Below are positions 33,531 to 44,371 of a stretch of 64,000 bases of DNA, in pieces. The stretch covers positions 704,001-768,000 of the forward strand of contig OZ252239.1 in the NCBI GenBank assembly GCA_965249485.1, in the 5' to 3' direction. Each line of letters starts with the position of its first letter. Within the stretch, counting starts at the first letter, position 1. The notes under the pieces are model-generated. The model was not told where the DNA came from and searched no databases. It worked only from the letters and a program-made list of their open reading frames with translations. The position numbers were made by a program, and so were the translations under genes. Source of the stretch: a bacterium. GTDB lineage: Bacteria; SM23-31.

Positions 33531-34808
33531 GTGAAAGTATCAGTTGAAACTCCTTCAGAAACGACTCGATCACTGAAGATAGAAGTAGCTTCTGCACGGC
33601 TGGAAGAGTATGTAGAAAAAGAATCTGCCAGAGTACGTCAGCGTGTACAAATGCCGGGATTCCGTAAAGGAAAAGCGCCACTAAATCTGGTAATGACACA
33701 ATATGGAAAACAGATTGAAGCAACGGCAATCGAAAATGCCATACAGGAAAATTATAATAAGGCAATCAACGATAATAACCTCAACCCGATTGGTCCGGCA
33801 AATATTATGGACATGTCGTTTGAACCGGGCAAACCGCTCGCTTTTACAGCGCACATTGAGGTTGAGCCCGTTTTTACTATAGGAAAGTTGAAAGGAATCA
33901 GGGTCGAAAAAGAAGAGCCTGAAGTTACGGATGATATGGTCGAAAACGCATTAAAGCGGGTTCAGCTCCAGTTCGGAACGGTCAGTGAGAAATCTGAGCC
34001 TGCCGGATTGGGTGATATCCTCCTTATCGATATAGAAGAAGTCGATCCTGCAACGGGAGTTGCTCTCATCGGAAAGGCCTATCCAGATAAGACGATCAGA
34101 CTGGGAGAACAGGTTTTCGGCCCTGGCTTTGACGAGCAACTTATTGGAATCAATCCGAATGAAAAGCGTCGTGTAATGCAGCAGATGGATCAGCAGGTTA
34201 TTGCCACTCCTCAAAGAGGCCAGCAGCAGGGACCCCCGGAAATTCACTATCTTGTCACAGCAAAAAAGATAAATGCGGTTAGCCTTCCCGAGATTGATGA
34301 CACACTTGCTGAGAATCTCAAATACGAAAATGTTGATGAGCTTCGCGAGGGCATAAAAAAAGATATTTCAGTTCAGTTAGATAATGCTGCACGCGATAAA
34401 TTCCGGACTGCAATCGAACGTGAAGTCGTCCGTATTGTGAACCCTCCTGTTCCTCAGGCAATGGTCGATAGATATCTCGACAACCTAATCGAGAATTTTC
34501 AAAAGATTTCGCCCGGAGAAAGGGATACAGGAAAGCTAAAAGAGGAAAATAAAGATCTGGCCGCACAAAAAATACAATGGTATCTCATACGGCAGAAACT
34601 TATTGCACAGGAACAGTTTACCGTCTCCGATCAGGAGATTGATGATTTTATCGAGAAATTTGCAGAAGAGAATAAAATAGATGCAAAGCGTGCAAAATCA
34701 GAATACCGATCTGGGGAAAAAAGAGAAGACTTAAAAAGTGCGCTGCTCGACGATAAAATATTTGGATTCCTCGAGAAAAAAGCCGACGTTAAGGCCGTTA
34801 AAGCGTGA
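33531..34808 (+). CDS. tig: Trigger factor
   Basis: PGFRKGKAP ribosome-binding motif; precedes clpP-clpX. Confidence 0.97.
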   Translation: MKVSVETPSETTRSLKIEVASARLEEYVEKESARVRQRVQMPGFRKGKAPLNLVMTQYGKQIEATAIENAIQENYNKAINDNNLNPIGPANIMDMSFEPGKPLAFTAHIEVEPVFTIGKLKGIRVEKEEPEVTDDMVENALKRVQLQFGTVSEKSEPAGLGDILLIDIEEVDPATGVALIGKAYPDKTIRLGEQVFGPGFDEQLIGINPNEKRRVMQQMDQQVIATPQRGQQQGPPEIHYLVTAKKINAVSLPEIDDTLAENLKYENVDELREGIKKDISVQLDNAARDKFRTAIEREVVRIVNPPVPQAMVDRYLDNLIENFQKISPGERDTGKLKEENKDLAAQKIQWYLIRQKLIAQEQFTVSDQEIDDFIEKFAEENKIDAKRAKSEYRSGEKREDLKSALLDDKIFGFLEKKADVKAVKA

Positions 34809-34841
34809 TAAATCGCACCTATTTATAAAGGAGTAGCTAAT

Positions 34842-35450
34842 ATGTTAGTACCGATGGTTATAGAGCAGACAGGCAGAGTTGAACGTGCTTACGACATTTA
34901 TTCAAGGCTTCTGAAAGAAAGAATTATATTTGTCGGCATGCCGATTGATGACATTGTTGCCAGTCTGGTTATTGCCCAGCTCATATTTTTGGAAGCTGAT
35001 GATCCTGAAAAAGACATCAGCATTTATATCAACTCACCGGGTGGCAGCGTTACATCAGGGCTTGCGATATATGATACAATGCAGTATATAAAACCGGATA
35101 TTGCTACAATCTGTCTCGGACAGGCGGCAAGTTTCGGGGCTATCCTCCTTGCAGGAGGTACAAAAGGAAAACGATCAGCCCTGCCGCATGTACGGGTAAT
35201 GATCCATCAGCCATGGGGCGGTGTGCAGGGACAGGCTTCGGATATAGAGATACATGCGAAAGAAATTCTGCAACACAGGTCGAAATTGAATGGTATCCTG
35301 GTTAAACACACCGGGCAGAAACTCGAAAAAATTGAAAAAGATACCGATAGAAACTATTTTATGTCGGCAAATGAAGCCAAAGAATATGGTCTCATCGATC
35401 AAGTCATTACCGAAAAACGTGCTGTCGAAAAAGCTAAAAGAAAAAAATAA
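34842..35450 (+). CDS. clpP: ATP-dependent Clp protease proteolytic subunit
   Basis: [26 protein letters not shown] and MIHQP. Confidence 0.99.
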   Translation: MLVPMVIEQTGRVERAYDIYSRLLKERIIFVGMPIDDIVASLVIAQLIFLEADDPEKDISIYINSPGGSVTSGLAIYDTMQYIKPDIATICLGQAASFGAILLAGGTKGKRSALPHVRVMIHQPWGGVQGQASDIEIHAKEILQHRSKLNGILVKHTGQKLEKIEKDTDRNYFMSANEAKEYGLIDQVITEKRAVEKAKRKK

Positions 35451-35532
35451 GTATAATCTATAGATCATCATTCATCACACTCATTACTACAAGATAATAA
35501 TTAGTGTGAGTAGAGAGTAGTGGAAAATATAT

Positions 35533-36783
35533 ATGGCACCTTCCGATAAAACACCTGATAGCTTAATCTGTTCATTTTGCGGTAAAGACTCTGAGCAGAT
35601 TGAATGTATGATTTCCGGTAAGGATGTCTATATTTGCAATGAATGTGTTATCGGTGCTGAGGAGATCATCCGTACCGACCAGGAGCAGCGTACACAAACC
35701 TTTCTCAAAAAAATACCAACACCGCAGTCGATAAAAGACGAGCTCGATAAATATGTTATTGATCAGGAAGAAGCAAAAATATACCTGGCGGTATCTGTCT
35801 ATAACCATTACAAAAGAATCACGGAAAACCGCCTGCCCCGGAAAGATGTTGAACTCGAAAAAAGTAATATACTCCTGATTGGACCAACCGGTACAGGCAA
35901 AACACTTATGGCACAAACACTTGCCCGTTTTTTGCAGGTTCCATTTACGATAGCCGATGCAACAGTTCTGACAGAAGCGGGATATGTGGGTGAGGATGTG
36001 GAAAATATCCTTGTCAGGCTGATTCAGTCCGCTGATTTCAATATTGAAGAAGCTGAGCGGGGCATAATCTTTATTGATGAGATCGACAAAATTGCCCGGA
36101 GAGACGGCAACCCTTCTATTACCAGGGACGTTTCGGGAGAAGGTGTCCAGCAAGCGCTTCTGAAAATTCTTGAAGGAACAATAGCGAGTGTTCCACCCAA
36201 AGGAGGGCGGAAGCACCCTGAACAGAGCCTAATAAATATTGACACAAAAGATATCCTGTTTATTTGCGGTGGTGCATTTGACGATATTGAAAAGATAATC
36301 GGCACACGCATCGGAAAGAAAGATATGGGATTCAATGCGGATGTTAAACAGAAGAAAAAAGACAGCATCGGTGACTCTCTGAAAAAAATCGAGCCACAGG
36401 ATTTATTGAAATTCGGTCTTATTCCTGAACTTGTAGGCCGGCTGCACAATATTGCTACACTTGAAGATTTGAGCGAAGATGCCTTGTTGAGTATTCTCAA
36501 AGAGCCGAAAAATGCACTTGTCAAGCAGTACAAACGGATGTTCGAACTCGAAGGTGTCCATCTGGAAATTCCCGGTGATGCCCTCAGGGCTGTTGTCAAA
36601 ATTGCTCAAAAACGGGGAACCGGCGCCCGCGGATTACGCTCTGTGTTGGAAAAAGTCATTGTCGATATAATGTACCGGATTCCCGATATGAAAGGTTTGA
36701 AGGAATGCATCATCACAAAAGCAACCATAACAAAGGGAAAAAAACCTGTCTATGTAATTGACAACATCAAGAAGCGGGCATAG
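35533..36783 (+). CDS. clpX: Clp protease ATP-binding subunit ClpX
   Basis: CSFC...CNEC zinc finger, [16 protein letters not shown] and GGRKHP. Confidence 0.99.
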   Translation: MAPSDKTPDSLICSFCGKDSEQIECMISGKDVYICNECVIGAEEIIRTDQEQRTQTFLKKIPTPQSIKDELDKYVIDQEEAKIYLAVSVYNHYKRITENRLPRKDVELEKSNILLIGPTGTGKTLMAQTLARFLQVPFTIADATVLTEAGYVGEDVENILVRLIQSADFNIEEAERGIIFIDEIDKIARRDGNPSITRDVSGEGVQQALLKILEGTIASVPPKGGRKHPEQSLINIDTKDILFICGGAFDDIEKIIGTRIGKKDMGFNADVKQKKKDSIGDSLKKIEPQDLLKFGLIPELVGRLHNIATLEDLSEDALLSILKEPKNALVKQYKRMFELEGVHLEIPGDALRAVVKIAQKRGTGARGLRSVLEKVIVDIMYRIPDMKGLKECIITKATITKGKKPVYVIDNIKKRA

Positions 36784-37381
36784 TCTGCATAGGGTAAACC
36801 TAAAAATAGTACAGTTGGAAACGCGCGTATCTGATGTCAATTCATTTCCAAAATCTCCGTATCCGGTAGTTGCATTTGCCGGCCGGTCTAATGTAGGAAA
36901 ATCTTCACTCATCAATTCTCTCCTCAACAGAAAAAATATTGCTCAGACCAGTTCAGCTCCCGGAAAAACACGCCGAATAGATTACTTCAACATAAATGAC
37001 AAGCTCTTTTTGGCAGATCTGCCGGGTTACGGATATGCAAAGGTGTCGAAAACAAACCGTGAAAAATGGCAGAAACTCATAGAGCACTTTCTGAAAAACA
37101 TAGCACAAATCTGCCTTGTGATTCTGATTATTGATGCCAGACGAGGTATAACCGAATTGGATGCCCAATTGATCGAGTGGCTTACACATTATCAGCGGAA
37201 ATTTCGAATTATCATTACAAAATGCGATAAAATATCAAAAAATGAAGCAGAGCAGGTCCGCAGATCGGTGATACAGAATGAATTTAACATGGAAGAACCG
37301 ATTTTGTTTTCCGCTGTCGATAAAAGGGGAAAACAAAAAATCTGGTCTGGAATTTTATCTGCAACATCCCTTAAGTTGTGA
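36758..37381 (+). CDS. engB: Ribosome biogenesis GTPase YihA/EngB
   Basis: [19 protein letters not shown] and TKCD; start codon uncertain. Confidence 0.95.
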   Translation: MTTSRSGHSLHRVNLKIVQLETRVSDVNSFPKSPYPVVAFAGRSNVGKSSLINSLLNRKNIAQTSSAPGKTRRIDYFNINDKLFLADLPGYGYAKVSKTNREKWQKLIEHFLKNIAQICLVILIIDARRGITELDAQLIEWLTHYQRKFRIIITKCDKISKNEAEQVRRSVIQNEFNMEEPILFSAVDKRGKQKIWSGILSATSLKL

Positions 37382-37495
37382 TATGGAAATATGAATAGGA
37401 CGTTTATTTCAAAAATCACTTCAGAAAAATATGTTTGTAATTCTTATATTTATTTTCTACTTTTTTGCCACATAAAATCTTTATTTAATAGTTGA

Positions 37496-38824
37496 ATGAT
37501 TTATATGATTTTTCAATTGAATAGCCTCAAATATTTCCGTGCAATTGCCGTCGGTCTGTTATGTGCCGTCTGTGTAATTTCGCTAGGGTATTCCCAAACA
37601 CAGCAAACGACTCTTCCCCCGCTTAAACCTGAACAGTTGCAGCAGAAGGAATTTCAGGAACGACAGTTGCTCCAATCGGCCCCCCAAATTATTATGGAAG
37701 GGCCTATCGAAGCCGAATATTACCGTATGGGTCCTGGCGATGGGCTTTTTGTTTCTGTCGGTGGTACTTCCCCGGCTATTGAGTTTCCGCTCATTGTATT
37801 ACCCGAAGGAGTTGTTTCTATACCGGATATCGGTGACATGCCTGTCAAAGGCCTTACATTATTGGAAGCCCGAATCAAGATAAATGAATTGCTTAGAAAA
37901 ATCTATCCCGGTGGCGAAATTACGATAACTTTGACAAATGTAAGAGTATTTATAGTCCGGCTCACGGGAGATGTTGAACAACCGGGAATCCGGTATGCAA
38001 ATGCCACGTGGCGGGTATCAGATATTATCGATCAGTCGGGAGGACTGAAAAAATGGGCAAACGGCAGTGTTGTCGAAATTCGGCATAATAACGGTATGAC
38101 AGAATTCTTCGACTACTGGCGATACAAAAATTATGGACGGCAGACAAACAACCCGCATCTGCTCGACGGCGATGAAATATATGTTCCGGGTAGAGATTTT
38201 GAAAAAGGTATGGTATTTGTTCAAAGCTCGCCTCTCCGTTCGGGTTTTTACCAGTATCTCGAGGGAGAAACAGTACTGGAATTTATTAACAGGGGATCAT
38301 TTGAAGTCGATAAAACAATGATAACTGGCAGCAGAGCAAATCAAAATCAAATCGATCCTGATTTAAATCCCATTGATGTTAGTAATATCGCAGTCATTAG
38401 AAATGACCAGGACGGCGGAGAGAGCACTACTAATCTTACGTTGGATTTCAATGGAATCGAAAGTGAATATATAGGTAACTATCTTCTGCAGCCAGGTGAC
38501 GTTCTCGTGCTGCCTGTCATTTCACAATATGTTTTTGTCGATGGGGAGGTTGCTTCACGCGGAGAAATCGAATGGGTTGCAAACCGGCCGGCAAGCTATT
38601 ACGTGGGTATTGCAGGCAGGACATCCGATGCAGCCAAAAATGAGCACATGAAGATTACCCGATTTGAGACCAGTGATGAAGTTACCGGTGAGGATATTGT
38701 TATTTATCCGGGGGATCATATTTTTGTTCCGAAAAAACGACACATTCTGGTGAAGGAATGGCTCGATTTTATCAGCCCGATTGTATCAATCATTCTTGCC
38801 GGAAAAGCAGTCGGTGCGTTTTAA
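37496..38824 (+). CDS. SLBB-domain polysaccharide export protein (Wza/KpsD-like)
   Basis: YRMGPGD Poly_export motif, repeated SLBB patterns (GDVEQPG, LLDGDEIYVP, PGDHIFVP), C-terminal amphipathic helix. Confidence 0.85.
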   Translation: MIYMIFQLNSLKYFRAIAVGLLCAVCVISLGYSQTQQTTLPPLKPEQLQQKEFQERQLLQSAPQIIMEGPIEAEYYRMGPGDGLFVSVGGTSPAIEFPLIVLPEGVVSIPDIGDMPVKGLTLLEARIKINELLRKIYPGGEITITLTNVRVFIVRLTGDVEQPGIRYANATWRVSDIIDQSGGLKKWANGSVVEIRHNNGMTEFFDYWRYKNYGRQTNNPHLLDGDEIYVPGRDFEKGMVFVQSSPLRSGFYQYLEGETVLEFINRGSFEVDKTMITGSRANQNQIDPDLNPIDVSNIAVIRNDQDGGESTTNLTLDFNGIESEYIGNYLLQPGDVLVLPVISQYVFVDGEVASRGEIEWVANRPASYYVGIAGRTSDAAKNEHMKITRFETSDEVTGEDIVIYPGDHIFVPKKRHILVKEWLDFISPIVSIILAGKAVGAF

Positions 38825-38833
38825 TTTTACTAT

Positions 38834-40066
38834 GTGACAATTATGGCTGAACGCGAAACGTCAATTCTCGATTATATACTCATCCTCATCAAGTGGAAAA
38901 AGTTTATACTACTTTTCACGGTGCTATCTGCTCTGTTGACCGCAGGAATAGTCTTGATTCTCCCCGAATGGTACAGTGCATCTTCAACGATCCTCATTCC
39001 CCAAGACGAAGGAGTCTCACTCGGCTCTTCAAGCAGTCTTATTTCGCAGGTGCAAAGTAGAATTCCTTCGCTGCCATTTATGGGGAATCTTTTTGGCGGT
39101 GGTTCAGGCTCACAGCAGTTTCTCTCGATCCTCAACAGTCGGGTTGCACAGGAGTATATTGCGCAAAAATTTAATTTGCAGAAGCAATATGAAACTAAGA
39201 ATAGCGAAGCTACAATCGGAATATTGAAAAGTCATGTTTCGTTTCAAGAAACAGAACAACTTGGGGGAATTGCTATATCAGTCGAAGACAGATCTCCAAT
39301 CCAGGCGAGCCAAATGGCAAATACCTACGTCCATTTTCTTGATTCGCTGAATATCAGATTTCAGACCGAGCGTGCCCGTGGCAACAGGATTTTTATTCAG
39401 GAGCGGTATGACAAAACATTCGGTGAATTGACTGCTGCGGAAGATTCACTCCGTACGTTTCAATTAACGCACAACATCATCTCGTTTCCCGAGCAGCTTC
39501 AAGCTGAGATTCAATCGTATGCACAGCTCCGTGGTCAGCTAGCGCTGAAAGAAATTGAGCTTGAATCGACGGGTTCCTTCATCGGCCAGGATCATCCCGA
39601 TATTCAACTACTGCAATCGCAAGTCTCATCAATTTATAACCAGCTTGCTCAATATGAAAAAGAATCAAACAGTACAACTTCCGGTGATAATAGCGCTGAA
39701 TTTGTCATACCGTTTGCCGAGACGCCGCAGTTAGGTATGAAATTTCTTCGACTCCAGCGTGAAGTTGAGATCAAAACGGTAGTCTATGCGATGCTTGCTC
39801 AGCAGCTTGAGCAGGCAAAAATTCAGGAAGCTCGTGAAACGCCGACTTTGCTTATACTTGATGAAGCTGTCCCGCCGGTTCTCCGTTCAAAACCGCAGAG
39901 AACGGTGACGGTACTCATCGTTACATTTATAGCATTTTTCCTCTCGTTTGCCTTAGCGCTGACAAATGAGCATCTTTATCGGCTCCAAACTGCAGATCCC
40001 CGGGAAAAGGAAAAACTTCTAACCATCCGCCGTTTATTGAGCAGCACTAAAACTCAGGATGAATAG
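38834..40066 (+). CDS. Wzz/Wzc-type polysaccharide co-polymerase without kinase domain
   Basis: Two TMs flanking a coiled coil; YSASSTILIP, DHPDI and LDEAVPP...SKPQR. Confidence 0.88.
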   Translation: MTIMAERETSILDYILILIKWKKFILLFTVLSALLTAGIVLILPEWYSASSTILIPQDEGVSLGSSSSLISQVQSRIPSLPFMGNLFGGGSGSQQFLSILNSRVAQEYIAQKFNLQKQYETKNSEATIGILKSHVSFQETEQLGGIAISVEDRSPIQASQMANTYVHFLDSLNIRFQTERARGNRIFIQERYDKTFGELTAAEDSLRTFQLTHNIISFPEQLQAEIQSYAQLRGQLALKEIELESTGSFIGQDHPDIQLLQSQVSSIYNQLAQYEKESNSTTSGDNSAEFVIPFAETPQLGMKFLRLQREVEIKTVVYAMLAQQLEQAKIQEARETPTLLILDEAVPPVLRSKPQRTVTVLIVTFIAFFLSFALALTNEHLYRLQTADPREKEKLLTIRRLLSSTKTQDE

Positions 40067-41468
40067 CAAATCCACACTTAGCACATACGATGTCGTTATC
40101 TCACAATTTCGAGGCATCCCTCTTATAGCGTTTATTTCCGGTATTGCGGTCATAGTATTTCTTATTTTGGGTTATTATATCCATCCTCTTTATCTTATCG
40201 GTTCGGTACTTTTACTTGCGCCCTTGCTCTATATCAATAGAACAGCTGCACTCTATCTATATATTGTTTCGTATGTCTATACACTCCCTCTTATTACGCT
40301 CAATGCAGAAATACGACTTGATGACTTCTTGTTTTTTGTTCTTGCTTCAATTTGGGTATTTGATAAAGCACTTTATCCGGGACACAGGTCTTCTCCGACA
40401 AAATTATCGCGTCTATTATTACTCTGGCTCCTTATTAACGGGCTTTCGATTTTATTTAATGTCCGGAGTTTCAGTACACTCCAATTCATTCGGTCTGGCT
40501 ACTTTTTCGTCAGAATGGTCGAATATGTTTTTGTCTATTTTATTGTATCGGATATGATCAAATCGGAAAGGATGCGCATCACAGCTATCCGCTTAGTCTG
40601 GGGCGTTACAGTTGCAGTATGTGTGATTGGAATATACCAGTTTTTCATTCTTGGTGAAAGCAATATAACATCCACGTTATCAGAAAATCATGCCCACATT
40701 GGCGTGTTTCTAATGCTCACTTTTTTTATTCTCTTAGGATATGCGGCACATACAAAAAATCCTATTGAAAAAATGTTACTCTATGTGACATTACCGTTGA
40801 TGGTCTATATCTTAGTATTATCAAATCTGCGCGCAGGATTGTTAGCATTAGCCGGTGGGATTATCATCTACTTTCTTTTTCTCAAAAGGTTCATTGGAAT
40901 AGTTATAGCAGTGCTGTTAATAAGTACCGCTATAATTGGAGGAACATTTGTTATCCAAAATATTCAAGGAGTAGAAGAAAGTACTGCACGGCTGGAAAAT
41001 CTTGAACAGGATGTGTCGCTTTTCGGCAGGTTTTATATCTGGATGAGTACTGTTAGTATGCTGCAGGAAAACCCATCGAAACTTATAACCGGAGTTGGTC
41101 TTGCAGGCTTTGCACAGGCTCTTCGCTCTGAAACACTGCTGCTGCCGGGAGTGTCGGGAGGGCACAACAATTTCCTCCACCATCTGACGGAGACCGGCAT
41201 TTTCGGCCTTGGAGTTTTTCTGGCAATTCTCTACCTACTCTTAAGAAAAAGTCTTAAAAACGGTTGGGATAAATCGCGGAAAGATAAAGCGCTATATTAT
41301 GGATACTTCTGTGGATTGGTAACTCTCATTATAACAGCGTCAACACATGAAGTATTCTCAGTACAGACAACATATCACAGTTATTTAGGGTACTTTTTTC
41401 TCATAACCGCTATAATATACTACAATCCTGATTACAAACATGATAGTGTTCGGACAGATAAGCTTTAA
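40059..41468 (+). CDS. O-antigen ligase/polymerase family membrane protein (Wzy_C)
   Basis: About 12 TMs; R-x-x-IW, GVG and HNNFLHHLTETGIFG. Confidence 0.88.
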   Translation: MNSKSTLSTYDVVISQFRGIPLIAFISGIAVIVFLILGYYIHPLYLIGSVLLLAPLLYINRTAALYLYIVSYVYTLPLITLNAEIRLDDFLFFVLASIWVFDKALYPGHRSSPTKLSRLLLLWLLINGLSILFNVRSFSTLQFIRSGYFFVRMVEYVFVYFIVSDMIKSERMRITAIRLVWGVTVAVCVIGIYQFFILGESNITSTLSENHAHIGVFLMLTFFILLGYAAHTKNPIEKMLLYVTLPLMVYILVLSNLRAGLLALAGGIIIYFLFLKRFIGIVIAVLLISTAIIGGTFVIQNIQGVEESTARLENLEQDVSLFGRFYIWMSTVSMLQENPSKLITGVGLAGFAQALRSETLLLPGVSGGHNNFLHHLTETGIFGLGVFLAILYLLLRKSLKNGWDKSRKDKALYYGYFCGLVTLIITASTHEVFSVQTTYHSYLGYFFLITAIIYYNPDYKHDSVRTDKL

Positions 41469-41500
41469 ATCCCAGTAACTCATTATTAGATTTTAGAATT

Positions 41501-42682
41501 ATGAAATACAAAATAATTCACATTCTTGGAACAATTATTACTGGAGGAGCAGAATTATCAGTTTATGATGTCTTAAAATCATGGAAAGACAATCAATTTT
41601 CTCAGAAAATACTATACACGAGAGAATTGAAAGGTAAAAAAGTGGCTTTTCATGAAATTGGTATTCCAACAATACCACTTAACTGGAATTCGGAACGAAA
41701 TTTTCATAAAATTTTTGCTCTTATGAAAGTATTTCAAAGAGAAAAACCTCACATTGTAAATACTCACATAACAACAGGAAATTACTGGGTAGTTATTGCA
41801 GCCAAGTTGGCAAATGTTCCAATCATTATTGAAACAATGAGAACAAAGATAGAGCTTACAAAAAAGGGTTTCTTGCTCCATAAAGTACTAAGACCAATAG
41901 TTTCTCCGTTCATTGATATAACAATATGTATAAGTTCCGCTGTCAAAAATCATATGATTGCCTTATTTGGAAATAGTAGTAAGAGGTACCAATTAATTTT
42001 TAATGGGCTTCAGTCAATATCTAACACAAAAAGAATTGATATGACATCGAATAAGCCAACTATCAATGTGCCAAAAAATGCGGTTATCTTATTAACTATA
42101 GCTAATTTGCGTCCTTTTGTAAAGGGTTATGAAATTTATATCGATGCTTTAAATACTTTAAGTCCCGAGTTCAGGGGAAAAATACATGTGCTAATTGTCG
42201 GTGATAAGAGCCAAGACAATCCAGATTTTTTAAGTGTATTAGAAAAAAGAATAAAGGAATCACAACTTAAAAATATGATTACTTTTTTAGGCGTTCGTAC
42301 TGATATAAAGGATTTAATATCTGTATCAGATGTAATTGTCATGCCATCGATGTATGAAGGCGGTCCTCGTGTTGTTCTCGAAGCGATGCGTGGCGGGAAG
42401 CCGGTTATTGCAACAAGAACAGGTGCAGTTCCCGAATATGTAGTCGATGGCGAAACGGGACTCATAGTCGAACCGGGAGACAGCAAAGCACTTGCCGCTG
42501 CAATTGAAAATATGCTTGATAATCCGGTTTCATGGGCTGAGATGGGAGAAAGGGGGAAGAAACGGTTTCTTGAGCACTTCACCGTCGATAAAACAGTCGA
42601 CCAGTTAACAAACCTCTATCTTGATCTGCTTGAGAAAAAGGGAATCAAACATACTGATAGCAATGCACTTCATTTAGATTAG
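41501..42682 (+). CDS. Glycosyltransferase family 4
   Basis: GGAE, KGY and PSMYEGGPRVVLEAM (E-X7-E). Confidence 0.93.
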   Translation: MKYKIIHILGTIITGGAELSVYDVLKSWKDNQFSQKILYTRELKGKKVAFHEIGIPTIPLNWNSERNFHKIFALMKVFQREKPHIVNTHITTGNYWVVIAAKLANVPIIIETMRTKIELTKKGFLLHKVLRPIVSPFIDITICISSAVKNHMIALFGNSSKRYQLIFNGLQSISNTKRIDMTSNKPTINVPKNAVILLTIANLRPFVKGYEIYIDALNTLSPEFRGKIHVLIVGDKSQDNPDFLSVLEKRIKESQLKNMITFLGVRTDIKDLISVSDVIVMPSMYEGGPRVVLEAMRGGKPVIATRTGAVPEYVVDGETGLIVEPGDSKALAAAIENMLDNPVSWAEMGERGKKRFLEHFTVDKTVDQLTNLYLDLLEKKGIKHTDSNALHLD

Positions 42683-42790
42683 TTTTAAAAATGAAAATAT
42701 GCATTGGAAAATTTATCAGATCATCAGGTGAACTCAACTGATTTAACCTATACAATTGCTGCTGACGTTATGGGATAAATCGATTACAAA

Positions 42791-44371
42791 ATGACAGCTC
42801 ATTATTCTATGGATCGATCCAATAAAATAGTCTACTCTGGTTTCATCCTATTCAGTCTAACTGTTATTGTGAAAGGGCTTGCCTTTGTCAAAGATATTTT
42901 AGTAGCCCATTTTTTCGGAATGAATGAGCTCACCGATGCGTATTATATTGCCTTCAGTATACCCCATACACTAATGTATGTCCTCGGAATAACCATTTTA
43001 CGCGGTATGTCCTCCGCTGTATTTTCGGAACGTATTGCAAGGAATGACTATACTAATCTCTCGCTTATATTTTCGACTATATTTAACTGGGCATTTGTAC
43101 TTACCGTAATTGTATCGCTTATTGCTGTCTGGTTTATGCCGGCTATTATCGGGCTGCTGCCATTCCGGTTTACTGATGCGTCGTTCGACATGACTGTGCT
43201 GCTTGCGCGTCTCCTCTTTCCGCTTCTCATCACATTTGGACTTTCGGAATATCTGGGGGCAATTCTCAACGCGTTCCGTAATTTCAAACTGCCTGCAATC
43301 AGTCTGATCATCGCAAATATCTGTATGATCGCAAGCCTCCTTCTTTTGTCGGACCATTTCAGTATCATCAGTCTCGCATATGGCACTGCAATTGGGTTTT
43401 TATTAGCCTTTATACTCCAATTCGTCGTAGTGATATCGACGAAAATACGATATAATCCCGGAGATTTCAATATTGGTCTTCCCCCGATAAAATCTTATAT
43501 TCGAACATCTCTTCCTCTGCTGGGTGCTACTGGAATGGGACAAATAACGGTTCTCATAAGCTATATACTGGCGCTGAACATTGAGAAAGGAATGGTTTCT
43601 GCGCTCACCTATGCCGGAAAAATCAATGAAATAACAGTCGGTCTCTTTGTCATTCCTTTTTTAACCGTTTTGCTGCCGGAATTTTCTCGTGATCAGGCTG
43701 TCAACGATATTCAGGCGCTTAAAGACAGAATTAAGTCCGGGGCAGAGGTTATTGCGGCAATGATTGCATTCGGAATAGCGTTTTTGGGTGTATTCCACCG
43801 TGAAATCATACGGCTAATATTTTTCCGGGGAGCATTTACGCTGGAAAATGTTGAGCTTACGAGTGCAATATTCTCTATCCTGCTTGCCGGATTATGTTTC
43901 ATGACCGCCACCTTGTATATGAATTTTGTGTTTCTTGGCATGCAAAAAACAAAAGTGTTGGCATTAGTCAGCATTGCTGCATATACGGTTAAAATAGTTT
44001 TGATGGTCATTCTTGCACATATGTATGGTATTTTTGGTCTGGCATGGGCTGCAACTGGCACAGCACTTTTCCATGCCGTATTACTTATTGCAGCCTTTAA
44101 AAAATATTGTATTAATATATCAATTGTATCTCAAAGCCGTACAATACTTAAGATAATTCTTGTAGGTGTGATACAGTACGTACTGTTTCAAGGCATGTCT
44201 ACACTGCTGGGTAGTACATCAGTTACGGACATCCGATTACTGGCATTGTACATTGCTGTAGCGGGATTCTCCGGTCTTGTTATCTATATTGGAATGCTTC
44301 ATAGCACAAAAATATTTCCACTTAACGTTGTTTTTTCTGGTATAAAGGGATACTTTCGTGGTGCCGATTAA
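42791..44371 (+). CDS. MurJ/MviN-like MOP flippase
   Basis: FVKDILVAHFFG...DAYYIAF, SALTYA, FFRGAF and GIFGLAWA; 13-14 TMs. Confidence 0.85.
   Translation: MTAHYSMDRSNKIVYSGFILFSLTVIVKGLAFVKDILVAHFFGMNELTDAYYIAFSIPHTLMYVLGITILRGMSSAVFSERIARNDYTNLSLIFSTIFNWAFVLTVIVSLIAVWFMPAIIGLLPFRFTDASFDMTVLLARLLFPLLITFGLSEYLGAILNAFRNFKLPAISLIIANICMIASLLLLSDHFSIISLAYGTAIGFLLAFILQFVVVISTKIRYNPGDFNIGLPPIKSYIRTSLPLLGATGMGQITVLISYILALNIEKGMVSALTYAGKINEITVGLFVIPFLTVLLPEFSRDQAVNDIQALKDRIKSGAEVIAAMIAFGIAFLGVFHREIIRLIFFRGAFTLENVELTSAIFSILLAGLCFMTATLYMNFVFLGMQKTKVLALVSIAAYTVKIVLMVILAHMYGIFGLAWAATGTALFHAVLLIAAFKKYCINISIVSQSRTILKIILVGVIQYVLFQGMSTLLGSTSVTDIRLLALYIAVAGFSGLVIYIGMLHSTKIFPLNVVFSGIKGYFRGAD

Noticed and set aside
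35572..36599. Long antisense ORFs over clpX, and similar ones over dctM, the M19 genes and the M14 gene
   Set aside because: Shadow frames of well-supported genes with no protein motifs of their own
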